Below are positions 25,638 to 38,507 of a DNA stretch of 64,000 nt, piece by piece (the first letter of the stretch is position 1; each line of letters begins with the position of its first letter). Made by a program: the position numbers and the translations under genes. The stretch is from Phoronis australis. Taxonomy: Eukaryota > Animalia > Phoronida. The DNA lies in the NCBI GenBank assembly GCA_002633005.1, contig NMRA01000368.1, positions 1 through 64,000 of the forward strand. The letters run 5' to 3'. The notes below the pieces were generated by a model. The model was not told where the DNA came from and did no database searches. It worked only from the letters and a program-made list of their open reading frames with translations.

Positions 25638-28167
25638 TTTTTTTTCCAATGATATTAGTTTTTTGAACGTAGTCATAAAAATGAAAGTAAACCGTAGTGA
25701 ACAACAGGTTATACTTGATAGGCTAAAGAAGTTTTCTGAATTTCATTGAAAAAATCAATGATGGTGGTGACAACTTCCTCAACAAACCGCGTGCGAAACG
25801 ATTGGAAACGGGTTTTTTTTGATATATTAATGGTTTGGAAATTGATATAATCGGGCACAGGTTTCTAAAAACGGCGACTTAAGAAGAGGTTGTCACGAAA
25901 GTGACGAGTTAAGCTAGGTGGATTTTATAGTGTTCTCAATATAGAGAGAAACCTAACAAAGATCAAGTTGTTTTATTCAAAATGTTTATAGGGAAAGGAC
26001 AACAATTCCAAAGGTAACTAAAGGTAAATAATAACATGTTATGTTTGGCAAGCTGACGCCGGGGAATGTGCACGAGCAATTATTTCAGCCTAACTGGAGG
26101 GCTTTTTAGTAGACTATGTCTCAATGAGGATGTTTTTGTTAAAGAGACAATTGCCTTTGTCGCTTTCAATTCCAAAGACGTTGGCTCTTATAGTAATCTG
26201 ATCTGATTATCTTTGTACAAGTTGGGGAAATTCCCTATATTCTCACTTCAACGCACAGCCGGCGCAAGGAAGTCCGTTTAAAGGTATTCTTTCTGTTTCA
26301 CTTTAGTTAAAAACGTCATGAAACAAATTTTAATACAAGTTAGTTCAGCCGTCGAAACCTGAGTCAAAATAATGTTCATTGAAAGCATCTGCAAATATTT
26401 TCACAAACTTAAAGACGTATTTTCATGCTCCTAACTATGCTATTGCACAGCAGGAAGTAAACAACAACGTTTTTTACATAATCTACGCTAAACGAAATGC
26501 CGTTGTATTCGTTTAGAACTTGTAAATGTGAAAACAAGAAATTCTACAAAAAGACCTTTGCATTTACCTTGCGGGCCACATCATGTAGTGTTATTTCCCA
26601 GCAGCACGCCTGGATGTAATGCTCACTGCGGTTTCTGGGCTGAATTTTAAAGGATTATATTTTTGTGTATGTCTTAATAAATCGGTAACTGCTAAAAATA
26701 CATGCTGGACAAGGTTGAGTGATTTGCGGAGGAACATTTTCGCCACAAAACTCGTTCTTAAAAACATTTGGCAATTTTCAACCTACTTCATATTCACATC
26801 GTCGCTATATGTTGTGTTTCTAACAGATTTGGCCAACCAATCACAGATTAAAGGAATTAACCTGCAAGTTCTACTTTAACTAAATTTAACCTGATTTATA
26901 GTTTAAAATTTCTGTTAATGCACCACAACCATAAATATTTTCCGTAGCGATTGACAACAAGGGCTCTCACTTAACGGAAGCCATCTGTAATGAGGTTTCC
27001 GCGGACACCCTGCCCACTTTAAAGAAGTAACAGTAAAATAAGGCAAACACAAATATGGCTGAACGTTAGGAAATTTTGATATTTTAGTGATATCTTTCGA
27101 CTGGCGAAACTCATGGTGTATACTAAATCGATGAAGGTAAAGGGAAGGGTATCTTCAAAACATTTCCATTTTACACAAGTTGCTATCACAAATTGCGAGA
27201 AAGTGACGAGGAGCGCGAAACAAAAATTTTGATATAATTTTCTTTTCTTTATTTGATAAGTTGACGAATTCCAAGTTAATTCTAATTTCAGAAAATATAC
27301 TTTCACTTGGTTGAGCTCAATGCGAACACAAGATTATTCATACATGCAAATATAAAAGCTATTTAACAGGTGCATTTCCTCCAATGCTTTCTGATTTAGG
27401 TCAATATTCAAGAAAACGCTAGGCTGATTAAACCGGTCAGGTCTCAAACATTTCTTGACATCGAAGAAATTGTTAATTGTAATTTAACATGAAACTTACA
27501 GGGGTCCCGCATTTTGACAAACCGCGAATAACGGACATCAAACTCGTGCGGTACACCTGTAAGTGACCTTCCAAACTGATGGTTTTGTGACGCACTTCTT
27601 TTCTTTGCCTGGGGGTAGAGGATTATTTTCTACTTTAGTATGAAAAGTTTTGAGAAACATTCTGTGTGGTTGAGTTAATTCGTTTATAATTTGCCCTTTA
27701 GGTAGTGAAAAAGGAAGACGATTTTCCGTTAATTTAACCAATCAGCGTCGTGAAGAAAGCCGCCGCGTATGAAATTTTTGATGATTAGCCCCTAGGCGTT
27801 TTTTCAGTACTAAGAACCTTCTGTGACTACTCAGTGTTCATGATCACGCTTGTCTGCCTTCTCGCTAATAGTTTTGCTTTCACTTCGTCAATGAATACAT
27901 AAATAATTTCAGATCGAATTATAGAGTAATGTTACCATAAGCTATGTTATAACCTACTACTTATTAACGTGTTCTTCATGTTGACTTCACGCGGACGTCA
28001 AGAATGAGAGGTTTTAACCTGCAATGCGTCCATTTATACACACTGCAGAAAATGGGCCCACTGACTGCCGATGGGACTCGCTGTCCACTACTGAATGTCC
28101 GTTTGGTAACATTAGGCGAATCTGCATAAAAGCCCATCTAATACTGACGCCTAAACGCGATTGAAAA

Positions 28168-28393
28168 CATGCGCGCACCCGGGGGGGGCCCCATTTGTTG
28201 AAAAGGTCCGCCTCAGAGAAACAAAAACACAAAAACGAGGCAAAAGTCCACTAATAAAACGCAGACGCACAGTTTACAGTTTTAAAGGCAGTACCCCGTT
28301 TTTTTAGTCCTCCCGATATTTTGACAGCAAAAGGTCCTCATCGACATAAATTCGAGCCCCCCTCCCCAATATTGAAGCTTGGGTGCGCGCATG
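28168..28393. mobile_element. MITE with 13-bp TIR and 5-bp TSD (GAAAA)
   Basis: GAAAA-catgcgcgcaccc ... gggtgcgcgcatg-GAAAA. Confidence 0.85.
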
Positions 28394-29187
28394 GAAAATG
28401 TTAATAAGTTAATAATTATTTGAGTTATCTCGCGATTTGTCGGATACCTTGTTGAGCTAAACTATCCAAATAAGAAACTCGATGTCCAATTACTTCACAA
28501 CAATTTCCACATTGAAGAACAAAAACATACAAATGAAACAAAGGGAAACAACTTGATTCTACTACGAATAATGTAACACTAATTTTATTACAGCTTTACC
28601 ACATTTACCATGGAGAAGTAACAGGTGTCTACGGATTTTGATATTGGAAGCTTGTTCCAACGATTGCAAATCCCAGCACAGCCTCTTTCTCAGTGCTACG
28701 AGAGTNAACACAAAAATGAGGCAAAAGTCCACTAATAAAACGCAGACGCACAGTTTACAGTTTTAAAGGCAGTACCCCGTTTTTTTTAGTCCTCCCGATA
28801 TTTTGACAGCAAAAGGTCCACATCGACATAAATTCGAGCCCCCCTCCCCAATTTTGAAGCTTGGGTGCGCGCATGGAAAATGTTAATAAGTTAATAATTA
28901 TTTGAGTTATCTCGCGATTTGTCGGATACCTTGTTGAGCTAAACTATCCAAATAAGAAACTCGATGTCCAATTACTTCACAACAATTTCCACATTGAAGA
29001 ACAAAAACATACAAATGAAACAAAGGGAAACAACTTGATTCTACTACGAATAATGTAACACTAATTTTATTACAGCTTTACCACATTTACCATGGAGAAG
29101 TAACAGGTGTCTACGGATTTTGATATTGGAAGCTTGTTCCAACGATTGCAAATCCCAGCACAGCCTCTTTCTCAGTGCTACGAGAGT
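28226..29187. repeat. ~480-bp direct duplication flanking a single N (28706); probable haplotype-overlap artefact
   Basis: 28226-28705 vs 28707-29187 differ by a few substitutions and a 1-bp indel. Confidence 0.9.
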
Positions 29188-30279
29188 TGCCCCGTGGAAG
29201 GATCATGTAACATAGCTTCTTATTGGCTAACAGCACGAATAAATATTCGAACATTCCGGCTGGTTAGAAAATAACATTCAGGTATTCAGATCGGTGATGT
29301 TGAGAAGATATTGTTGCAGAATACTCATTAACTTTGTAAATCAACACCAACGCGTATTATCTTACGCATAATATCTGGTGGAAATAATCCCCCCGAGTTA
29401 CTACATGCCGAATTTCCAAACGAAAACATTTTTAAACGTTTTAAAAAACTATCTTTTAATATCTTGCATCAAAAGCAATGACAAGCGACCGTTTCTAATT
29501 TTCATAACTGGGATTCTTTACTTGTGCTTCTGTTGCGCGTAGCCTAAATTGTCTCTTTGTTAAACCAATTTGAAAGGATTCACACAATGTTTTCGGTTTG
29601 CACCACACAGTATTGTTTGGCAGTGATTGGTAAGCCCTCTCGTGGTCGAGCCGGTCTCGCCACCTGGTGACTGCAAGAATATTAACTCCATGTCATTGAG
29701 AATGCCTACACTAAGGTAACTAGTCAAACAAATAAGCTAAAAGATTGGTTATTCTTTTCTTGCTAATTACCATACCGTATTATTTTTGCCCATAAGAGAA
29801 CACTTTACGTGTATTCTTATGCACTTGACGCATCATATTTACCCCAAAAATATAAAGAAAATCCGAAATCTTGTGTCGCATCCGAGAAATACGTTCTGTA
29901 GCAGCGCTCTCATGTGGTGAGAATGACTCTTCAATTGTCAACGCCATGACACGAGGAATTTTTGGTGTTGACACTGGATGTACTGCACATGCCGAATAAA
30001 TATACAATCAAATCAACAGTAATGGGGTCTCTCACTTCATTCTATGGATGTTACCTGAGCTGTATGTTGGCACTTGTTGTCCTAAATTGTTGTAAATATG
30101 ATCCTGGTGATGTCTAATGAAAAGACGAATGAATTGAACATGATCTTTTTTATTTGTGCGGCGATCGTCCGGTCTTTAATCATACTGCATGTATGAGTAC
30201 AGGACACTNGTCCTAAGTGTCCGGTCATTTTAAAAACTGCAGTTAAATGCTACACAATACACGGGCACGACGCCCCACT

Positions 30280-30620
30280 ATCGTCCATCAGCAAGATGGC
30301 GGACCACTTCGCACAACGAAAACCACGTGATGTCAACTCTAGTTATATTTATCTCATTGGATACCTGCGTGCTGGCGCGGCTACCGCCCCACCTAGCGGC
30401 AAGCAGGGAACCAGCGAGCTCGCCACAATAGCTCTGTTGGCTTATCGGCAGAGTTGTATTCCGCGTTGCTCGAACGGCGATAGAAAATATACGGACACTC
30501 AACTGTCCGTTTTACAATCCCTAAGGATGTTTCGGAAGCGTTGGGTCGTTGCCATACGCCGCGATGAAGGAAAAAATTTCCGTGTAAAATTTATAAATGT
30601 TTCGAAAAGTTAGATCATAT
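30280..30620 (+). mobile_element. Transposon remnant with degenerate THAP-like zinc finger
   Basis: SCIPRCSNG...LS...RKRWVVAIRRDEGKNFRV resembles a THAP N-terminus; upstream 30280-30362 has an inverted homolog at ~22162-22245. Confidence 0.6.
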
Positions 30621-32019
30621 TTTGTCGCATCTCGGTTGCCGAGCATCATAGCATCGACCGGTGAATCTTCGGCCAGACAGCTTGTGTTTTCATGACTACG
30701 GGATGAAACATGAGGCATTTTTCTTTCCAAATGGACGGGGCTCTCAATCCCTCGATTTGGAGCCGAATATCGGCCCTGTTCCTCTCTCAACAATATTGAA
30801 AAATCTCGCGAAATTCCCCCAACGAAGCTTAAAAATTCCCCTAGTGTTTGAAAATTTCCCTCCGAAGTTCAAATTACCTGTAACCACACAGGTGACAGTT
30901 TGAAAGAGCACAAATTGCTACTTGAGATAGAGCTCATGAGAGCTTGCAACAGGGAGGGGGGTGCTAATAATGGTGATCAGGAGGTAGATTTTCCCCTCAC
31001 TCGGCGAAAAAATTCCGGCCACAGTCAGGCACAGGCACATTTCCCTCGGATGAATGAGGACCCTGAAAAAAAATTATAACTATGCTTACTCTGTCTAGTT
31101 AACTGAAATTGAGCTCTAAAACGAGGTTACGAATTAGGTGTTTTAATTTTTAAAAATTAACTTGATGGTCAAATAATTTTTATTTTCAATTACGAACCAG
31201 GTTTTTTATTTCAATAAAAATATATTTACTAACATCAACTATTCTTGCAGATCAATGACAAATCAACTGTTAGTCCCGGTTGTACCTACTTCACTACCAG
31301 GACCTATAGGCTATGCTTGATGTTAATATTCTTGATCAACAAATTAAACCAGATGTGATTTGCAAATGACAGCAAAATGCGATGAGCCACCACTGTCAAA
31401 TATATCATCAACTCGTCATAAATACGAGCAGATGACCTGGTTCGTGTAGAAAGCATTTTTATCAACATTTTACAAGAAGAAACAGCATAATACCTAATCC
31501 GTAACACAATTGCCCCGATTTGGCCAAATTTACTTTTCATGTTTCTAACCTAGTTTTCCGAAAAAACTTATACCCTTTCGTCAGACAACTCTTTGGTGCA
31601 TTGACTTGTTCTCCAATGTATTTTTCTACGTCTCTGTGGTTAATTATCGACACATTTTTAAGATTTAATATCCAGATTGGATTCGAAAGACCAGCCATTT
31701 AACTCACGCAATGTCAACTTCCGCTTTGTTTATCGGTGAGCCTCGCTTTGGATTTTAAAGTCTGCCGCGTGAATTAGGTCTATAGGAATTTACTTTGTGC
31801 GCAATGATTGGCCGCTGCCTTGACGTCATTAAAACAAAGGCATAATTTAATTAATTTGACAGGCGTTGTTGCTGCCATTTATGAAGCAGAAGACATTGTT
31901 TTGGTTATAGTTTGAAATATAGGTTGTTCGCGAACTTATTATCAATTAATTTTTATTAAAAGTATCACAGAAAATAATCTGTTGTCGAATCAAAATACAC
32001 CATTTTTCAAAATAATATT

Positions 32020-32026
32020 AGAGAGA

Positions 32027-32087
<61 letters not shown>
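32020..32087. repeat. (GA)n microsatellite
   Basis: Long GA dinucleotide run with one GT interruption. Confidence 0.97.
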
Positions 32088-32091
<4 letters not shown>

Positions 32092-34079
32092 GAACTTTTG
32101 ATATACTATTCAGATTTTCGTTCATATAGTCTGTAAACTTTGCTAATCATTTTCAAAATAGACAGTTTTGCAAGACAATTTCACTAAAATGCAAAGTTGA
32201 GGCAAGATAATTTTTGCTCAGTCATGAGGATTAAGGCTTTAGCTGTATACTTAAGAAGTTACATAAAGCTCCAACGTGCAATATCGCAGTAAGAGAGTCA
32301 CAAAAACAGTCACTAAAAGTAGCTAGGAAAAGCGGTTTGTGGATTATCTCCCCCTGTCTAACCCAAAGCTGTCAAATTTGAATAAATCCAAATAATTATG
32401 TACAGGGTACATTGGTTATTCCAGCCACCAAAGCACAACTTTCAATAAATTTTGTAACTTATTTATTTTTGTTGCTGAAAACATACAATTTTTGTGAAGG
32501 TTAATATGACCAACTGCGGTATAATGCTCCATCGGCGAAATTAGGGCACAAAACGTGGCCTTTAGATTTTGTTAGGATACCTATCCATATACAAAAAATG
32601 AAGCTGTTTTGAATTTTGACCTATAGAGTGATTTTTGAAAATCTACTGGTTTTTATGTAGACTTCCTCTTAAATTTTCGCATTGCAATGAATTATGGCAA
32701 ACGATAACCAAAATGTTGAAACTGACGTAAAGTATAACCCATTATGGGAGAAGAGATTGTTTCTTTATCATTTATTCATGTTCAAGGAAAATGGTAAACA
32801 AGAAGGTAATATGTTACTTTTCTGGGTGGTTTATTTAGAGTACAATTCTTGTAAAAGAAATCAACTTTCGCAAAAGATGTGCTCAAGATCTAAAAAGTTA
32901 AAACCGTTTAAATAAATGAAATTTCCATGCTTATCGTGTTCTTCACGTTCATGTCATGCTAGTCAAAAATATTTAAACCTAAAGGTTGCAAGCACTTATC
33001 AAAATAGTCAACCACCCAGTTGTATCCAGGAGCTGAGTACCTGGGAATCACTCTCGCCTTTGGCGAAAGAAGCGAAACTCGCTTTTTCAGTCCAAAATTG
33101 TTGTTTGCTGTCAAATTACATGAAACTCAGACCCATGTAGAACGCATGGTACGAGCGTTTCTGTAACTCATCCATTCAGCAGCACCTAGCTATCTTGTCC
33201 GTTTCAACAGGTTTAGATGAAATAAACAAACTTACTTACGTCGCACTTATGCAACTAAAATTTGACACGAACCCGAGCCTTTTGATAATAGACAAGTTTT
33301 GATGTCAACCGAAACTTATGAGTGTCGGAGAACGTCATCTAAAATTCGCCAAAATTCACCCTTGTTGAAATGATTTTAAAGGCGTCCAAAAAGTCCACTG
33401 CGACCAAAATGTGCGATTTTGGACTTCAAGTGCCATTTTGATTGGCAATTACACAAACATTTATTTACACCGAGCTTGCGCATTCTCGGTTTAACTTTAA
33501 CTTCCAATATAAAGTTACAAACGAAACGTGATCAATCTTCGTGCTTGTAAAATACAAAACGTAAACAACGATGTCGTTTAAATGAAATGCCTAATTCTCC
33601 TCCAGAAAAGTTTTGCCGTTCCCGTTACCATATACGCATTTCAAAATACCACTAGAAGATTTTTAATTCAAAGAAGAGCCAGTCATTTTCTGGCTAACTT
33701 TACAACTCAGTATACATGTACTTGTAATGTAAAAATCAGTTCCGTTCGAGAATACAAATTTTTGAAAAAATATTAAGGTGATCGTACGGTTGAAAACATT
33801 CAACAGACGTGTTTCCCAAAGTGAGCAGGGTCGGAGCGGTGTTCCGGGGGGCTCATGCCCCCAAATAATTTAAAGGCATCGGGGCTCGGGGTTAAACCGT
33901 ACGCGTTGGGCCGGGAGCAATCAATAAAAGAAAGACAGCGAAACAAGGAGAAGAGAAAGACTTCAATAGAGCATATGCCAATTCCGAACTCATCATTTAC
34001 CCTTTGAGGGCCCTGGCCACTGACATTGTTCTTCGGGGTTCCCACCTTTTCAGCACAGATTGTATTTGAAAACGTGCAC

Positions 34080-34425
34080 TTAAAAGGATATTAAACCCTG
34101 TTTTGACGATTTCATCCAATCCTCGTTCTATCACATGCTAATGCATTGCTGACGTCAATCATCAAAGATAAAGGCAGGAATCGACTAAAAACTCACACCC
34201 CCTATTTCACAATGGGCATTATGGTCCTCGGTGGGTGGTCCTTTAAAAGCGTAAGTCACGCTTACCCGTTTAGCAGTCTTTGAAAGGAGTTTTTTTTCAA
34301 ATTGTCCTCAGAACGTTTGAGGGTTGTCGAGGGTTACATGGCAATATTTTGTTTCATATAACTGGATAGGAAAGTCGTTTTTAGAATTTGTCAATAGGCC
34401 AAAACCGGGCTTGATACCCTTTTAA
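34080..34425. mobile_element. TTAA-flanked MITE, family of 14674-14996
   Basis: TTAAaaggata ... gatacccttTTAA; inverted similarity to 14674-14996. Confidence 0.75.
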
Positions 34426-37059
34426 TCCTTCATACATGCATTTCGAAAAAGTCATGAAAATTTGTAAAGCTTAGTGTTTGCAGAGCAGACCCCACCAGAT
34501 TTTTAAATTGAAGAAAGCAAATTTACAGAATGCAAAACTATGATTCTTCACAGGCAAGGGATAATGGAGTCGCTCTGTTTTTTTGTTTTTGCTTTTTTTC
34601 TTGATAAAACTTTTAGAAGAGCCTGGCAGATACCATCAATTGCTTCTCATTTCCTGTTTTTCAGAATTATACTGTACATCATTTCCTATTTGGGGGCCAA
34701 CACTTGAAAGGAGCCCGTTGATGACATCCAGGTGGCCACACTTTTCTTTTTTTTCTCCTGATAACTTCTGAAGGGGTCATTCTCGGAGAGAGGGCCCAGC
34801 GATGGAAATGATTTCCTCTCCTGTTTTCATGAAGTTTATGAAATCGTTCAACCTTTTATTTCAAGGAACGTCACTTTTTGTTAACTGTCACTCTTTTTCA
34901 TCCATTAATTTTAGTCTTTGATATTTAAGAGACCCCTTTCAGGCGGAGTTCTCTTTCCGAGGGGCGGCCCTCTATAAATCCAGCACTGTCCACTATTCAC
35001 AAAACATATTCGTGCAACTTAAAAGCACAGCAGTATCAAAACATTCGGTCCAAGCAATCAAAGTGTACTGGGATAGATCGCCATCTAAAGGAGGACCACT
35101 GTGAATTTCCCAAATGGCCGATGGTTTTATAATGAAAAAATGACGATGCTTTCCCCACAGTATCATGAGAATGGTATTTCTTTCGAAGATTGTTTCTAGG
35201 ACCTATTTGTGAGAAGCTGGCACGTGTCGATGAGACTGTCGGGGTACGTCGTTTGGTGTCGCTATGTAACGTGCGTGTGCTAGACCAGCGGTTTAAGGTA
35301 CTCAAAGCACATCTACTGGCCGAATGTACTGTACCGCAAACGAATATTTCAGGATTGTCGAAGTAAGTTAAACTCATAAACCGCAATACATGTATCTATC
35401 TCTGGAACGAACCAAAATACTGGTTAACACGAATAAATTCGCAAAATGGCTTGGGTGGGGGACTCCTAATCCCGTGAGTTGCCCGTTACTTCGGTTGCCG
35501 CAAAGAATCTGAGAGCGTGCCTCATAATGTTCTGTTTTCAAATAAACAATGATTTGGTTGGCTTCTAAAATTTACATGTTCATGTATCTACAAAAACACT
35601 GATTCGTAGATGATTTTTGACAATTAGAAGATAATCTTTTCAGATTTGATGAAGCTTCTCTGGGAAATGTCTGTCGTGCGATGCCCAAATAGCGAAGTAC
35701 ACTGCGCGATTTTTGCCTAGTATCTGAATTAACTTTCGGTAATATTGCTGACATTCGAAAATTTCTACAGATTGTCACAAAGTTTACTTTCAATTCAAAT
35801 GGCTAACTTAGGAACAAACAGGAGATCAAAAAGGAACTTTGTCTTTGGATCAAATTACACGCATTGCTGCTGGGAAGATTAATTGTTTTTGTACTTCTTT
35901 GGTGTTTTTTCAATTTCCAGCAGTATTGGACGATGAATTTTCTCCAAAACTGAATCATTTGTTCGTCATTCCCGTGCATACAGAGCACGTATGGCTAACG
36001 CACACAGTTTCAAAGCAAAGTGTATCCATGCAGTATGCCTGGCGCAGAATCTGATCCACAGGAACTTGATTTGGACACCCGGCGTTGTTCTGAAACGTGA
36101 GTACATTTTTAGGACACCTTGTGTGTCATTTGTCCCCAGCCCGCCCAGACCTGGCTACCCGTGATCTTGAAAGGGAAAAGGGGGATTGTTGGGTGTATTC
36201 GGGACCTAGGGATTCCACCCTAATAAAATGAACTCTCCCCATACATAACCATAAGAATATGAATCTTGATCTTAGGACCAGCGTAGACGGGGATGTACAT
36301 GTATGAGCTGATATAAGCTACCTATCTCTAGTGCATCATAGCGGAGCTGACCAGTGGCAAGTCTAGTTCATCCAATTTGTGTTTTCACACCTTCGGTTGG
36401 CCCGAGCTATGAGCTCACGGACACGGTTCACTTGAAGCAGGCAGTCCAGCTCCCAGATATCCGTCTGCACTGGCTCTTAGGCCTCGTTCTCACTCTCAGG
36501 TATTAGAACAAAATTTGTACAGTTAAGTGTTGGATGGGCTTTAGAGCTCTTTGATTGGGAGACGATGACAACTTCGTTGAAGTAAATTTTGTTCAGAAAT
36601 GAACAGTTTACTGAATGATCAGCGAAAAAGGAAATTGACCGATTGAACACTCTCTATTCCATGGCGCTCAAAGTTGATAGTATGCATGCATGCATGATTA
36701 CACCTCAAAATTAGCATCAGGATAAAGCAGTAATTACAATTTTGCAAGGAAATTTACTCAAGGAAGGCTGTAGTGTGGCAAAAATCAGATTTTGTTTCGT
36801 TCGCTTTTTACCCAGATCGTTCCGAAGCTGTATCTAAACAGCTTTGGCATCACGCTTACAACTCAACATCTGAAAATAGTAACACACTTTACGTAGTATT
36901 TTCCGAGATTAAGGCTGGATGGGGTAATTGGTTGATTGTCAAATACACACAAGCCACTAACTTGACTGATTTAGCATTATACATGCAACGTATGTGATGT
37001 CATATAGGTTATGATTTGAGGTATATGAGGTTTCCATGCGAGCGGCCTTGAAACTTTGC

Positions 37060-37208
37060 CTATCCATCTGTCCGTCCGTCCGTCCATCTACCCATTTATC
37101 CATCTACCCATCTATCCATCCATCCAACCATCTTTCCATCCATCCGTCCATCCATCTATCTATACAACTATACACGTCCATTTATCTCTCTATCCACTTA
37201 TCTATCTA
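37060..37208. repeat. Degenerate (CATC)n/(TATC)n simple repeat
   Basis: ctatccatctgtccgtccgtccgtccatctacccatttatccatc... read directly. Confidence 0.9.
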
Positions 37209-38183
37209 TTTATAACCCACAATTCACCGAGGAGTGGACTTCACGCGCTCAGTCCGCAAAGATTTGCAAAATTTTTATCAAGTTCATAGAAAAGAATAAC
37301 TGATTGTCATCAAACAGGATATAGTTCACGGAGAACTAAAACCACGTCACGGATAGGTTTGGATATGGGCCCACCCTCCGAACGCAATCAGAACACGCCT
37401 CCGGCATGTCACGTTCAGGCGCTACGCAACCACTGCTCCGTCGCAAATTGTGACTAGCCGCCTATTGCGACATTCGAGACTGACTAGTAAACATTTCATC
37501 GTGATTCAAAGAAAAAGTGCCTTACTTTGTTAACTTTGATCGCTAGTATGTGGCTAATTGCTATTTGTTTTTTATTCGTTTTATATTTGATGTTTAATGC
37601 ATACGTGAAAATAACAACCGCTCGGATAAAATTGTTCCACATTTTTCGCGTTTGGAATTAACTAGGATGCAAATTTCGACTTCTAGCAGACCGGATCAGC
37701 AAACTTTTGACGAAACGCTCTACAGATGGTGAAACGCTTTAAACCCGTTCTACCAAAATTAACACGAAAATATATGTAGCAATTGGACGCAGTTGAACGG
37801 CTGAGTCGCCAATTAATTTGTTAAGAGACGTAAATTAGATGTTAAAGACATTATCACATAGCGCGTTTTAAGTGTCCGAGAGAAGTGTTAAGCTCTGACG
37901 CGTGTGGATCTGCACATTTGCCCCTTAATTAATAAACAGCAATGTCACCGAAAATGTGAGGGTTTCTGAGCGGATATATCGATTCATTACATTCGAAATT
38001 TAAAGAAACGCATAAGTAAGTCATAAATTAATACAAAGGTTATACTTGTGCTGTTATAAATTTATGATCTTTTCATACTCGGCTATTGGTCACGTGGTGT
38101 GACCAAGAAATGGCGTTTATGAAGACTAACAGTCTTGCTTGCACAGCGAAATAAAACTTTTTATCCCGACAATCGCTTCATCG

Positions 38184-38507
38184 CAGTGGCGGATCTAGGA
38201 CAACATAAGGGAGGAGGGGCGACACTTTGTCTTGAGCAATCGCGTAAAGCATGCGCGCACCCAGCCTGAAATGAAGAAGGGCTTGAACTTCTGAGAATGT
38301 GGACTTCCTTGCTGTAACGCAAACCGCAAGACTAAAAAAAAACGAGGGGACGCTTCCTTCACCTTGCTTCGGCAGCTTCGACATTACCAGGGTTAATTGA
38401 TAAACTCAAAATTTTCCTCACGCTCTTGCTGACTTCCTGTTTTATTTGTTGGCGGTAGCCAAGGGGGGGATCGGGCCCCCTGCCCCTCCCCCCTTAGTCT
38501 GCCTATG
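38184..38507. mobile_element. MITE with 5-bp TSD (CATCG)
   Basis: CATCG-cagtggcggatctagg ... ccttagtctgcctatg-CATCG. Confidence 0.8.

Noticed and set aside
26224-26235. NF-kB-like site GGGGAAATTCCC as an immune enhancer for the peptide gene
   Set aside because: Single motif ~11 kb away among repeats; could arise by chance and no supporting evidence
34973-35400. TATA box followed by a possible exon
   Set aside because: Forward frames examined are interrupted or unrecognisable; no homology signal I can identify
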